A DNA stretch of 64,000 bases from Planctomycetota bacterium (GCA_965228735.1 OZ245838.1:3040001-3104000), one strand, 5' to 3'. Numbered from the stretch's first letter, positions 30,004 to 40,716 are shown. Numbers and translations: made by a program. Notes: generated by a model not told the origin, from the letters alone.

Positions 30004-31502
30004 CGGTTGCGAGTGTACCAGGCGACGCCGTGCAGCGGGCGCTGCAGCGCCTTGTCGAGGAGGCCGTCGCACTCGACCTCGTAGACCCGGCAGGCCTCGA
30101 GCCCGTCGACCTCGAGGTCGAGCGTCCGGCCGTCTGGCATCACACCGACGCCCGAGATCGCGTGCTCGCGCGTATCGCGCGGCGGGCAGCCGTAGCTCTG
30201 ATGATGATCGTAGGTCCAGCTGCTGACGCTGAACGACGGCGGCAACGCGGACGCGACGTTGATCGGCGCGGTCATGCGCAGGCGGAACCCCTGGTCGGTT
30301 CGCGTGACCCGCTCGATCTCGAACGGCACCTTGCCGCGCCAACGCAGCTGCTGCAGGCCGTGCGTGCGGTTGCCGAGCGAGCCCCAGCCGCGGTTGCTCA
30401 GGCCGCACCACAAAGCCCCCGTCCTGGACCACAGCACGCGCGTGATGCCGCACTTCAGCCCGTGCCGGAACGGATAGCACGCGCCCTGGTAGCGGCCGTC
30501 GACCTTCTCGAGGGTCATGCGGAACACCTCGGAGCTGTATTGGTCACCGCAGAAGATCTGGCCCGCGAACGGCCCGAAGTTGCCTGCGGTATCCCAGACG
30601 AACCCGGCCGGCGAACGGCCGCACTTGTCGTACGGGATCCAGACGGCAGGCAGGCGGAAGTTGGGAATCGTGGCAACGGCCTCGGCCATGCGGATCCCGC
30701 TCTTCACCTCGCCGGGGTGGTCGACGAGGCTTTGCTCGAGCTTGCACGACTCGATGCCGTGCGGGTGCCCGTGGAAATCCCCGGTCTCGAGCAACGCGAA
30801 CTTGCTCGTCGCACACCACTCGCCCTGGTTGTCCGTGTACCAGATCTCGCCGCTGGGCGACGTGCCGACGCCCGCGGGCGATCGCAGGCCCGCGCAGCGC
30901 GGTTCGAACGTGCCGCCCTCGGGCGGGATCCGCACGGCCCAGCCGCGCCAGTCGGCCTTGCCGAACGGCTCGCTACCGAACGGCTTGTTGAGCGTCAGCC
31001 AGAGTCCGCCGTCGGGCCCGAGCGTCGGGCCGAAGCAGTACTCGTGGTAGTTGCCGGACAGCGGCCACCCCTGCGCGTGCGTCTCGAGCAGGTCCATGCG
31101 ACCGTCGCCGTTGGTGTCGGCCATGCGGGACAACTCACCGCGTTGACCGCACCAGAGCCAGCCGTCGTGGTCGAGCAGACCGAGCGGTTCCTGCAGACCC
31201 TGCGCCCACAGCGTCCACTTCGGACTCTGCCCGAGCGGATCGGTCGCGTGCCAGATCTCGCCGCGCCGCGTGCCGACGTAGATCTCGATGCTGCCGTCCG
31301 GGCGCGTGCGTTCGACGATGCCGCCGGCCTCGAGCACGACGTGCTCCGGAACTTCGACGTCGACGATCTCGATGAAGTCGTCCTCGGTCGGCTCGGCGGC
31401 CTTCGTCACGGGGCCGGGCGATGCGGGCTCCTGCGCGACACTCGCAGCGGCGAGCAGCAGAACAGCGAGCAGAGCCGGGATCGAGTGCGAGAACCTCACC
31501 AT
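30000..31502 (-). CDS. Secreted glucose/sorbosone-dehydrogenase-like beta-propeller protein
   Basis: Signal peptide; GTRRGEIW, GNYHEY, GLRSPAG, YTDNQGEW and FGPFAGQIF motifs. Confidence 0.7.
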   Translation of the reverse strand: MVRFSHSIPALLAVLLLAAASVAQEPASPGPVTKAAEPTEDDFIEIVDVEVPEHVVLEAGGIVERTRPDGSIEIYVGTRRGEIWHATDPLGQSPKWTLWAQGLQEPLGLLDHDGWLWCGQRGELSRMADTNGDGRMDLLETHAQGWPLSGNYHEYCFGPTLGPDGGLWLTLNKPFGSEPFGKADWRGWAVRIPPEGGTFEPRCAGLRSPAGVGTSPSGEIWYTDNQGEWCATSKFALLETGDFHGHPHGIESCKLEQSLVDHPGEVKSGIRMAEAVATIPNFRLPAVWIPYDKCGRSPAGFVWDTAGNFGPFAGQIFCGDQYSSEVFRMTLEKVDGRYQGACYPFRHGLKCGITRVLWSRTGALWCGLSNRGWGSLGNRTHGLQQLRWRGKVPFEIERVTRTDQGFRLRMTAPINVASALPPSFSVSSWTYDHHQSYGCPPRDTREHAISGVGVMPDGRTLDLEVDGLEACRVYEVECDGLLDKALQRPLHGVAWYTRNR

Positions 31503-34030
31503 TGGTAGACCACCTCGACCTGCTGGCCGGCCGTCAGTTGCGAACGCGCCGGCGCGGGCCGACCGTCGACGAGCAGCGTCACGCCCGCGTTCTTCGTCCA
31601 AACGATGTCCATCGCGCCCTTGCGACAGCGGATCGTGCGCACGATCTCGCTGCCGCCGGCGACGAGCCGCGCGCGCGCCGTGTCGTCGTACGCGCAGCTG
31701 TCGTCCGCCGCCTCGACCATGAACGTCGGGAAACCGTCGTCCGTCACGCGGTGCCCGGCGACCATGCGATCGCCGGCGGCGAGCGCGAAGTCCTCGAGCA
31801 CGATCCACTCGTCCTGCGGCCCGAGCGGCTTCAGCAGCTTGCCCGCGCGACCGTGCCACGTGCCCGTCGCGTCGAGGAAGTCGCCGCGCCAGAGCCACAC
31901 GAGTCGGCCGCTCTCGACGTCGAACGCGTAGTGCGTGCGCTGCGCGGTCCCGACGGCGATGCACCGCGCGGAGACGCCGTCGAGGAACGCGCCGTGGAAC
32001 GTCGGCCGCCCGCTCGGCAACAGCACGAGCGAGCCCGCGGCCGGCACGAGACCCGCCGGCGTCGGCGCCGCGGCACCGAGCGACAGCCACGTGCGCAGCG
32101 CATCGATCTCGGCGAGATCCGCCGCGCGCTTCAAAGGCCAGAACGACGGCATGCGCGTGCCCGGCCGCAGCGTCGGCGCGTTCAGCAGCCAGTTCCGGAA
32201 CCAGGCGGGCCGCACCCGCTCGTGCTGGATCGACAGATCCATGCCCTGCGGCCCGAGCGAGGGCGCGCCGGCGAACGTGTGACACTGCACGCAGTTCTTG
32301 CCTTCGAGACCCGCGAGCGCGTGCCCGCGCTCGGCGTTCGCAACGGAGAACGTCGGCTCGTCGTCGACGACGCCCGGCGCATCCACCTCGCCGAACAGCT
32401 CCGCGTACCTCCCCGCGCGATCGGCGGCGACCTTCGGCATCCGGATCGACAGATAGGGCCGCACGCGGTGTCCCTCCGTCAACACACGCTCGATCCACTT
32501 CGCCCGCAACCGCGCGCCGACCTGGCTCAGATCCGGCGGGATGCGACCCTCTTCGCCGAGGTCCTCGCGCTCTTGCAGATGCTTCGTCACCGCCGGCGCG
32601 AGGCCGCCGCGACCGTCGCGCACGTGGCACGACAGGCAGCCGTCCTGCAGCAGCATGAGCTCGAGCTGCGCCTTGCCGTCGAGCGGCTGCGCGAGGCTCA
32701 CCGTCGCGGCACCGTGCAGCGCCTTGGCCGCGGGCGTCGTCGGACACGCCCGGCCGAGCCGCAGCTCGTTCCAGGCTGGCGCCGCCTTCGCCGCCGGCAT
32801 CGCCGCGAGCTGGTCGTCCGCGATCTCGTGGCACGCCACGCACTGCCTCGCGTGCGCTGCGGCGCGCCCGCGCGCCACCGCGGCGGCCGCCGGAAAAGCC
32901 GCGCGCGGCGGCGGCACGAGCGCCATCGCCCGCGCCTCGGCGCGCGCGGCCGGCAGGATCTGCTCCTCGACGCCAGGACCGGACCACCACACGTCGAGCT
33001 GCTTGCCGCCACCGGCCTGCGTGAACACGACCTCGAGATCGTGCGGTCCGGCCGCGAGCTCGACCGAGCCGCTCTGCTTCTCGTAGGGATGGTTACCGCT
33101 GTTGGTCACGACGCGCTTGCCGTCGATCCACAGCCACGAACCGTCATCGCTCCCCGTCGTGAACTTCCACTTGCCCGCCGCCGGGACGTCGAGGCTGGCG
33201 CGGAACCGGAGCGCGAAGTTGTTGCCGCGGGTCGCCGGCTTCACGTCGATCACGTCGACGACGCCGGCCGCCGCGACCTCGACACCCTCGAGATCCGGCA
33301 CCTTGCCGTTGGTCTTCATCTCGAAGCACTCGAAGCCGAACCCCGGCACGTCCGCGCCGTCATCGTTGGCGTCGCGCACCTGCACCTGCAGCATCCAGGC
33401 CGCGAGCGCGCTCGCCTCCTTCTTGCCGAGACCGAAGTCGTGCGGGACACCGGGCCGACGCGCGCCGGGCTCGAGCAGGAACGCCATGACGTGCGCATGG
33501 TCGGTGCGCGTCGCGAGCTTCTTCAGTGCGTCGGGCGCGTGGCATGCGCCGCACGCGCGCTGGTGAAACAGCTCCTCACCGAGCCGGATCGTGCCCTCGC
33601 TCGTCGCCGCCGGCTGCAGCTCGACGTCGCCGCCGAGGTCGAGCAGCCACGCCGCGAGGTCGCCGGCATCGTCACCACCGTGGTGCGAACGCAGGAACGC
33701 GGCAGCACCGTCGCGCACGTGCCACGCGGATGCATCGACGAGCGCCGGACCGGCGAGCGGCGCGGTCCGCGCAGCGAGCGGCTTCGGGACCGCGTGGCAG
33801 CGCACGCAGCCCGCTCGCCGCACCGCCAGCTCACCGCTGAGCGCCTCGCGACCTTGCGGATCCTGCGACTGCCCGAGTGACTCCGGCGGCGAAGCGAGTG
33901 GCGAAGCGACCGGCGTCGCGACCGACCCGACACCGAACCCGGCGTAGGCGACCGACGACGGTTCGCCGTTGGATCCGGTCCCGCATGCAGCGAGAAGCGC
34001 GAGGGTGGCCGAGAGGGGTAGCCGAGGCAT
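31496..34030 (-). CDS. Lipoprotein, pentaheme c-type cytochrome with PA14 domain
   Basis: LAAC lipobox; CVRCH, CGACH, CVACH, CLSCH and CVQCH; PA14 motif GSDDGSWLWIDG; TRMPSFW. Confidence 0.8.
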   Translation of the reverse strand: MPRLPLSATLALLAACGTGSNGEPSSVAYAGFGVGSVATPVASPLASPPESLGQSQDPQGREALSGELAVRRAGCVRCHAVPKPLAARTAPLAGPALVDASAWHVRDGAAAFLRSHHGGDDAGDLAAWLLDLGGDVELQPAATSEGTIRLGEELFHQRACGACHAPDALKKLATRTDHAHVMAFLLEPGARRPGVPHDFGLGKKEASALAAWMLQVQVRDANDDGADVPGFGFECFEMKTNGKVPDLEGVEVAAAGVVDVIDVKPATRGNNFALRFRASLDVPAAGKWKFTTGSDDGSWLWIDGKRVVTNSGNHPYEKQSGSVELAAGPHDLEVVFTQAGGGKQLDVWWSGPGVEEQILPAARAEARAMALVPPPRAAFPAAAAVARGRAAAHARQCVACHEIADDQLAAMPAAKAAPAWNELRLGRACPTTPAAKALHGAATVSLAQPLDGKAQLELMLLQDGCLSCHVRDGRGGLAPAVTKHLQEREDLGEEGRIPPDLSQVGARLRAKWIERVLTEGHRVRPYLSIRMPKVAADRAGRYAELFGEVDAPGVVDDEPTFSVANAERGHALAGLEGKNCVQCHTFAGAPSLGPQGMDLSIQHERVRPAWFRNWLLNAPTLRPGTRMPSFWPLKRAADLAEIDALRTWLSLGAAAPTPAGLVPAAGSLVLLPSGRPTFHGAFLDGVSARCIAVGTAQRTHYAFDVESGRLVWLWRGDFLDATGTWHGRAGKLLKPLGPQDEWIVLEDFALAAGDRMVAGHRVTDDGFPTFMVEAADDSCAYDDTARARLVAGGSEIVRTIRCRKGAMDIVWTKNAGVTLLVDGRPAPARSQLTAGQQVEVVYQW

Positions 34031-34101
34031 GACCAGGAAGCTTGCCCGGTCGGCAATCAGGGCGCAACGGGGCGCAGCTCGCCCCGCCGCCGGATCGGGA
34101 G

Positions 34102-37002
34102 TCAGCGCTCTTCGGTGTCGTACTCGAGTGCGAACTCGACCGTCGAACCCGGCTGCTCGACCCGCAGCTCCTGCGGTTTCCCCGTGCCGTAGAGCCGCAC
34201 CCGGTAGAGGCCCGTCGCGCGATCGACGAACTGCGCGACCCCCGCTTCATCGAGCGCCGCACTCGCTACGAGCCGGCCCTCACGCAACAGCTGCACGATG
34301 CTGCCAGGCTGCGCGTCCGGCACCGACACCTCGATCGTCGACCCGAGTTCGAGTGGGATCTCGATCGTGCGCCCGCTGATCACGTCGTTCGGCAACGTCA
34401 GCGTCCGAACCGCCGGGGAGTAACCGGCCGCCCACGCGACGACGGTCGCCGACCGCGTGCTGACGCCGAGGATGCGGAACGTGCCGTCCTCCGCCGTGGT
34501 CGTGCGCGGCTCGTAGACCTGCAGGTCACCTTCGTTGCCGACGAACACGCGCGCATTCGCGACCGGCGCGCCCTTGTCGTCGACCACGCGCCCGAGAACG
34601 AACGCGCCACGCTCGAGCACGATGTCCCCGAGGTCGGTATCGACGCTCGGTGAGAAGTCGATGTCCTGGATGAACGGCACGTAGCCTTCGCAGCGGATCT
34701 CGACGCGGCAGGGCCCGACCGGACAGAGCGGCCAGTCGAGCACCCCGTTCTGGATGTCGACGAGACGCGTGCGACTGTTGCGCTCGGTGTTGCTGCCGCG
34801 CGGCTTGATCTGCATCAGGACCGAGGACAGGCGGGTGCGGCCCGGCAGGCCGGACACGCGGGCCACGAGACGGCAGGTCGGCGGCGCATCGAGCTGCACG
34901 CTGACGGCGCGGTCGGTGCGCGGCACCTCGATGGTCGTGCTGTGGCTGTTGTCGAACGTGGTGATCGTGAGCGTGACGTCGCGATCGCTCGGCAGATCGA
35001 GCGCGAACGCGCCGGCCTGGTCGGTGCGCGCCGGCTGGCCGACGGCGTCGTCCACGATGACGATGGCCCCCACCACGGGCTGGCCGTCCTGGTTCTTCAC
35101 CGTGCCGGTCACGCTGCGACCGGCCGGCAGCTCGAGCTCGAGTTCGGGCGGGTCCTCGCCGAGCGCGAGCGTCACCGCGACCTCGTCCTGCCCCGCCGGC
35201 ATCGACGGCAGCCGCGCACGGACGCGATACTCGCCCGGCATGAGGTCGTTCACGACGAACCGCCCGCCGTCGACCGTGGTCACCGTGCGCTGCGCCTGCG
35301 CGCCGAGCACGGACACCGTCGCGCCGGCCAGCGGTTGATCACCCTGCCGCACGACGCCCTCCACGCTGCAGCCGCGCGACATCACGACATCGCCGATGTC
35401 CCCGTTCGCCGCCGCGTCGGCCGCTGCCGGCACGATGAACCGGAGGTTTCGCACCGCGTAATCGCTGAGCTCGTAGCGCAAGGCGAGCGGCCCGGGCGCC
35501 TGCCCCGTGAACTCGAACGTGCCATCCGCACCCGTGATCGCGAGCAGTTCCTTCTGCTCGACGGTCAGCGCGAGCGTCAGGTCCTGCCCCACGGCGCCGA
35601 TCAACGCGGCGAGATCCGAACCGATCAGGCGCGACGCGTTGCTCCCGAACACCGCGACGCCCGCGAGGGGCTGCCCCTCCGAGTCGACGCACCGGCCACG
35701 CACCCGCGTCGGCTGGACGACCGTGAGCTCGAGCTCCGTGCGCGGTGACTCCTCGATCTGCACCGCCTGCTCGAACGACTCGCTGCGCATGAACGAGACG
35801 CCGCGATCGAGCGCCGCGATCGTCGCGCGCCCCGGCGAGACCGGCCGTTCGAACGCGAACGTCCCGTCCGCCGCAGTCGTCACGCGCTGGATCTCGCCGC
35901 CCGTCTCGACGAAGCGCAGCGTCACGCCGCCAACGTCGAGCGCCGGCTGCCCGTCCGCGGGAGGCGCTCCCACGAGTCGGCCGCTGACGCGCGAACGCCC
36001 CGGCATCTCGAGCACCGTCTCCGCCGGCGTGGCCCGCGCGGTGACCGTGCGGCGCAGCGTGCCGTGCTCGGGATGCCGCGCGAGCAGCAGCATCGTGCCA
36101 CGCGCGAGCCCCTCGAGCGCGAACTCGCCGTTCGGCCCCGACGTCGCGCGCACGGGATCGACGAGCCCGAGCCGCCCGTTGGCCGGGAGCAGCACGAGAT
36201 CCGCGCCCACCACCGGCACCTGCCGGGTCGTGACGACGCGGCCGCGGAGCGCGGCGGCGGCAAACGTATTGAACTTCAGCACCGTGTCCACGGTCTCGCC
36301 GATCAACACCGAGCGACTCACGGGCTGCCAGCGCGGATGCCGCGCGACGAGGCGCACGAGCCCGGCGGGCAGGCCCTCGAAGCTGTAGCCGCCGCGCGTC
36401 GTCGTCACGCGCACCTGCGGCCGGCGCTGACCGTCGAGCGACGACTCGATCGCGACGCGCGCGTTCGCGACGGGCTCGCCTTCGACGTCGGTGACGATGC
36501 CGCCGATCGGGAAGCCCTCGGCGAGCTGCAGCTCGAGCTCGTCGCGCAGCCGTGGCACGGCGAAGAAATCCCCGGCGTAGTCCGGGTGCCGATACTCGAT
36601 GAGCAGATCGTGCTCCTCGCTGAGCTCGAACGTGAAGCGACCGTCGGCGTAGGTGTAGGCCTCCTCGAGCAGCTCGTTGCGCCACTCGGGCGCCGCGGTC
36701 GTGGCCTGCATCACGCGCACCTCGGCGCCGGCCGCGGGTTCGCCGAACGGCGTGCGCACGATCCCGCGCAAGGTGCGCAGGATCGGGAGCCGCGGTCGCT
36801 CGGGCTGGGCCGGCGTCGAACCCGGATCCTGGCTGCCCCCGAGCACTTCCCCGATGTCGGCCCGCGGGGTCTCGACGCGCCCGCGCTCGCTCGTGAGCAG
36901 GGACCACACCGACCACGCCAGCCCGGCGAGGACGAGCACGCCGATGACCCAGGACGAACGGCGGTACTGCCGCGGCTTGGTCGTGATCGTCTGCTGCGTC
37001 AC
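34102..37002 (-). CDS. Membrane-anchored carboxypeptidase-regulatory-like repeat protein
   Basis: N-terminal TM; many GxVxDxxGxPxxxAxV...TxxxGxF repeats. Confidence 0.8.
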   Translation of the reverse strand: MTQQTITTKPRQYRRSSWVIGVLVLAGLAWSVWSLLTSERGRVETPRADIGEVLGGSQDPGSTPAQPERPRLPILRTLRGIVRTPFGEPAAGAEVRVMQATTAAPEWRNELLEEAYTYADGRFTFELSEEHDLLIEYRHPDYAGDFFAVPRLRDELELQLAEGFPIGGIVTDVEGEPVANARVAIESSLDGQRRPQVRVTTTRGGYSFEGLPAGLVRLVARHPRWQPVSRSVLIGETVDTVLKFNTFAAAALRGRVVTTRQVPVVGADLVLLPANGRLGLVDPVRATSGPNGEFALEGLARGTMLLLARHPEHGTLRRTVTARATPAETVLEMPGRSRVSGRLVGAPPADGQPALDVGGVTLRFVETGGEIQRVTTAADGTFAFERPVSPGRATIAALDRGVSFMRSESFEQAVQIEESPRTELELTVVQPTRVRGRCVDSEGQPLAGVAVFGSNASRLIGSDLAALIGAVGQDLTLALTVEQKELLAITGADGTFEFTGQAPGPLALRYELSDYAVRNLRFIVPAAADAAANGDIGDVVMSRGCSVEGVVRQGDQPLAGATVSVLGAQAQRTVTTVDGGRFVVNDLMPGEYRVRARLPSMPAGQDEVAVTLALGEDPPELELELPAGRSVTGTVKNQDGQPVVGAIVIVDDAVGQPARTDQAGAFALDLPSDRDVTLTITTFDNSHSTTIEVPRTDRAVSVQLDAPPTCRLVARVSGLPGRTRLSSVLMQIKPRGSNTERNSRTRLVDIQNGVLDWPLCPVGPCRVEIRCEGYVPFIQDIDFSPSVDTDLGDIVLERGAFVLGRVVDDKGAPVANARVFVGNEGDLQVYEPRTTTAEDGTFRILGVSTRSATVVAWAAGYSPAVRTLTLPNDVISGRTIEIPLELGSTIEVSVPDAQPGSIVQLLREGRLVASAALDEAGVAQFVDRATGLYRVRLYGTGKPQELRVEQPGSTVEFALEYDTEER

Positions 37003-37004
37003 GA

Positions 37005-39704
37005 TCAGTCGCTCCCGAGCTTCTCCAGCAGGGTCTTGTAGACGGACTGCGTCGGAAAGAGCTGCGCCATGCGAGCCCAGTCGACCCGCTCGGAGGCCTC
37101 GTCGTAGGCGGCGTCATAGGCTTCGACGATGGCCCGCATCGCGTAGGGTTTGTCGACGCAGCGCTGCATGACGACCATCGCGTCATCCGCGGCGCGCAGC
37201 AGCTCGTCATCGCTCTGCAGCCGCAACCGCATGCGCAGGAGCAACGCCTGCGGATCGGTGTCCGCCTGCTCGATCCAGTCGTCGACGTAGGTGCGCGCCC
37301 GTTCGTCCCCGACGCTCATGTGCAGCCGGGCCGCGATCGGCACGACGCCGCGCTGATCGGAGTGGAGCGCGAAGAAGTCCTCGTCGAACCGCGGCAGCAG
37401 CACGCTGAGCGTTTCCGGCGGGATCGGCAGCACGAGCAGGTTGCGCCACGCCGCGACCTGGATCGCCGGCGGCAGCGGCTCACCGTCCGCATCGAGCAGT
37501 TCGCCACGTTGCTGCGGTTCGGCGACGAGCTGCAGCACCGCGCTCCAGCCGCGCATCGGCGAATCCGGATGCACCGACCGTTCGACCTCGGCGCGCGCTT
37601 CCGCCGCGACGGCCCGCTGCTCGACCGGATCGCCCGACAAACCGGCGAGCTGCGCGGCGCGGCGCGCGAACTCGGCCGCGAGCCCCGTCGGCCGGCCGCG
37701 GCGCCCGATCGCCGGCGGCGGCTCACCGAGCAGCTCGAGCGCGAACTCGTGCAGCCGCCGCCGGTCGGCGTAGCCGAGCTCGAACTCCATCATGTTGCAC
37801 TCGGCCGTCGGGCACAGTCCGGCGACGCACCAGAGGAGCCGACCGAAGATCCGCCGCCGCTCGGCCGCCGCGTCCACTAGATCCGCTCGCAGCTGCGCGA
37901 TGCCGCGCGCGATGTCGTCCTTGCCCTCGTCGACGAGCCGCAGCACCGCGAGCAGCGACTTCGGGAAGATCGCGCCCGGCCGCAGGTAACCCGCGAGCGC
38001 GAGATCGGTCTGCGCGTCGCCGACGCGCGCCATCGACTGGGTGAGGTTGGCCACCGCGCGGCCGAGGAAGAGCCGGTACAGCGCGAGTTCGACGTCGAGC
38101 TCGTCGCCCGTGCGGGTCGAGACCGCGTCGGTGATCGCGGCCTGATACTCCCGCCAGGCCTCGTAGCCGCGACCCTCCCGCAGGAGCCGGCTCGCGGACG
38201 GCAACGGATCGTCGACGTAGGCCCGCTCCATCGAGCGGACCATCGGATCGTCCGGCAGCTCGGCGTGGGCCGTCGCGAGCTGCTTCAACACCTCGCCGTC
38301 GGCGGGCGCCACCTCACACGGAATCCCGGTCAGCGCCTCGAGCAGCGGTGCTGGCCCGGCCTGGCCACCCAGCTGACTGCCGATGCCGTTCGCGATCTCC
38401 TGGAGCAGGACCTGGTGCCGCGAGACGAGGTGGTGCCCCTTCTCCGTGCGCCAGAATCCGAGCAACACGAGCGTGACGAGCAACAGGATTGCGGCCGCCG
38501 CGATCGCGCTGGCGAGCCCCGGGTTCTTGCGTGCGCGGCGCAGGATGCGCGTGTGCAGCGGCAGCCGGCGGATGTGCACCGGCTCGCCGTCGCGGATGCG
38601 CAACAGGTCGCGGGCGAGCGCTTCGCCGTCCTGATAGCGATCGGCGGGCTCACGACTCAGCAGCTTCTCGAGCACGGCATCGAGATCGCGCGGCGCCTTC
38701 GGCACGAGCTCCCGCAGCCGGCGCGGCGTGCCGTGCAGGATCGCGGACAGCAGCGCCTCCGTCGTCTTCGCGGCGAACGGCAGCTGCCCCGACACCGTCT
38801 CGAAGATCGTCACCCCGAGCGCGTAGAGGTCGCTCGCGGGCGTGAGTTCGTCACCGAGTGCCTGCTCCGGCGAGCTGTAGTGCAGTGTGCCGAGGAAGCC
38901 GCCGCCCTTGCTCGTGAGCTGCGCCGACACGTTGTCGAGCGCCTTCGCGAGACCGAAGTCCGTGAGCGCGAGCGTGCCGTCGCCCGCGACCAGGATGTTG
39001 CCGGGCTTGACGTCGCGATGCAGCAGCCGCCGCCGGTGCGCGAGCCCGAGCGCGTCCGCCACACCGGCGAAGCGATGCGCGGCCTCGACCGGGTCCATGT
39101 GCGGCCGCCGCAGCCGGCGCGCCCCCGCGATGTGCTTGTCGAGGCTCATGCCGTCGACGCGCTCCATCGTGAAGAACATCATGCCCTGCGACTCGCCGTA
39201 GTCGTAGATCGGGACGATGTGGCGGTGGTGCAGCGCCGCGGTCGCCCGCGCCTCGGCGCGGAAGCGCTTCTGCATCGTCGGGTCGGCCGAGTAGTTCGGC
39301 GACAGGACCTTGATCGCGACCTCGCGCTCGAGCTCCTGCTGGTAGCCGAGGTAGACCGTGCCCATGCCACCGCGACCGAGCAGGCCCTTGATCTCGTATT
39401 CCGCGATCCGCGTCGGGACGTTGGCCGTGCCGCCGACGACCTCGTTCACGAAGTCGAGCGCGTCGAGCCGCGCGATCAGGTCCTCGGACTCGTTCGAACG
39501 TTCCCCGACGAGCGAGTGGCGCAGCGACTCGCTCGTGGTGTCGCCGCGCAGCACCTCGGCCAGGCGAGCGTCCGCGTCGCCGCCATCCGGAGCCGCGCCC
39601 CCGGGGTCGAGCTGCTCCCGACCCGGTCCATCGAGGTCATGACCCTCACCGCCGGCGTCGCGGCGCGCGCCGTTGTCGTCGAGCGGGTGCGGCTCCTTGG
39701 TCAC
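37005..39704 (-). CDS. Hanks-type Ser/Thr protein kinase with TM and helical C-terminal region
   Basis: LGRGGMGTVY, VAIK, HRDVKPGN, DFG and YSSPEQ motifs. Confidence 0.92.
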   Translation of the reverse strand: MTKEPHPLDDNGARRDAGGEGHDLDGPGREQLDPGGAAPDGGDADARLAEVLRGDTTSESLRHSLVGERSNESEDLIARLDALDFVNEVVGGTANVPTRIAEYEIKGLLGRGGMGTVYLGYQQELEREVAIKVLSPNYSADPTMQKRFRAEARATAALHHRHIVPIYDYGESQGMMFFTMERVDGMSLDKHIAGARRLRRPHMDPVEAAHRFAGVADALGLAHRRRLLHRDVKPGNILVAGDGTLALTDFGLAKALDNVSAQLTSKGGGFLGTLHYSSPEQALGDELTPASDLYALGVTIFETVSGQLPFAAKTTEALLSAILHGTPRRLRELVPKAPRDLDAVLEKLLSREPADRYQDGEALARDLLRIRDGEPVHIRRLPLHTRILRRARKNPGLASAIAAAAILLLVTLVLLGFWRTEKGHHLVSRHQVLLQEIANGIGSQLGGQAGPAPLLEALTGIPCEVAPADGEVLKQLATAHAELPDDPMVRSMERAYVDDPLPSASRLLREGRGYEAWREYQAAITDAVSTRTGDELDVELALYRLFLGRAVANLTQSMARVGDAQTDLALAGYLRPGAIFPKSLLAVLRLVDEGKDDIARGIAQLRADLVDAAAERRRIFGRLLWCVAGLCPTAECNMMEFELGYADRRRLHEFALELLGEPPPAIGRRGRPTGLAAEFARRAAQLAGLSGDPVEQRAVAAEARAEVERSVHPDSPMRGWSAVLQLVAEPQQRGELLDADGEPLPPAIQVAAWRNLLVLPIPPETLSVLLPRFDEDFFALHSDQRGVVPIAARLHMSVGDERARTYVDDWIEQADTDPQALLLRMRLRLQSDDELLRAADDAMVVMQRCVDKPYAMRAIVEAYDAAYDEASERVDWARMAQLFPTQSVYKTLLEKLGSD

Positions 39705-39727
39705 GGATCCCTCTTGGGTGGGACGGG

Positions 39728-40249
39728 TCAGGCCTTGAGTTCTTGCGCGAGTCGCTTGAGCGCGCGGCTCAGCAACAGGTGGACCGCGTTCTCGGAACGG
39801 TCCATCCTCTCCCCGACTTCCTTGGCTGACAATCCCTCGATCTTCATCAGCAAGATCACCTCACGGTGATCCTCCGACAGGCGCTCCATCGCCGCGCCCA
39901 GCAGCTCGAGGCGATCGCGCCGATCGGCGTGCGTGACGGGCCCCGAACGACGATCCGTGATCGGCAGCTCGGTCTTGATCGCGTGCTCCTTGCGCGGGTC
40001 GCGCGCGGCGACGCCGAGCTGGTCGCGGATGATTCGCGCGACCTTGCGGCGCGCGAGCGTCACGAGCCAGGCGCCGGCGTTCTCCGCGTCGCTGAGCGTC
40101 GCCCACGAGTTGACCGCCTCGATCGCGACCTCCTGGAGGATGTCCTCGGGGTCCATGCGCGTCCGAAGATTCGGCCCCATACGCAGATAGATCACCGACA
40201 GCAGACGCTCTCGGTGCTGCTCGAAGGCAACCTCGGGGGACAGGGACAT
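39728..40249 (-). CDS. ECF RNA polymerase sigma-70 factor
   Basis: DPEDILQE, WLVTLAR and LSEDHREVILL...GLSAKEVGERMDRS...RAL motifs; directly upstream of the kinase. Confidence 0.9.
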   Translation of the reverse strand: MSLSPEVAFEQHRERLLSVIYLRMGPNLRTRMDPEDILQEVAIEAVNSWATLSDAENAGAWLVTLARRKVARIIRDQLGVAARDPRKEHAIKTELPITDRRSGPVTHADRRDRLELLGAAMERLSEDHREVILLMKIEGLSAKEVGERMDRSENAVHLLLSRALKRLAQELKA

Positions 40250-40716
40250 GGAACTCGCGGGGCAGATACGCGGCAACGGCCCCAGGATTCGGGCATTCCG
40301 CCGGCCCCAGGCTACTCGATAACGGTCGGACGTGCGAGCCAGGGCCGGTGCGCGATTCGCGGCAGCGTGTTGTGGCGCCGGCCCTTGCGGCGGTCGGGAG
40401 TCAGTCGTGAGCTCGGGCTGCGCCACCCTCCGACGATGCCATCTCGCGCTCGCCGTTCCGCGACTTCCGCGCGACGGCGCGGCGCAGCTTGATGCTGCCG
40501 TGCACCTTCTCGGGCGCCAGATAGAAGAGCGTGCCGTGGCCGATTCCGAAGACGCCGCGATCCCACTGCCGAACGGTCCCACTGCCGAATGGTGGCCACC
40601 GATCTCAGCCCATCGGCAAGGCGCTTCGCAACGGGCAACCCCTCCACCGATGGCCGCAAAGCCCGATGCCACCGGCGGGCCTGCCCACCGCGACCGCGGT
40701 CGGCCGACGGACTATC

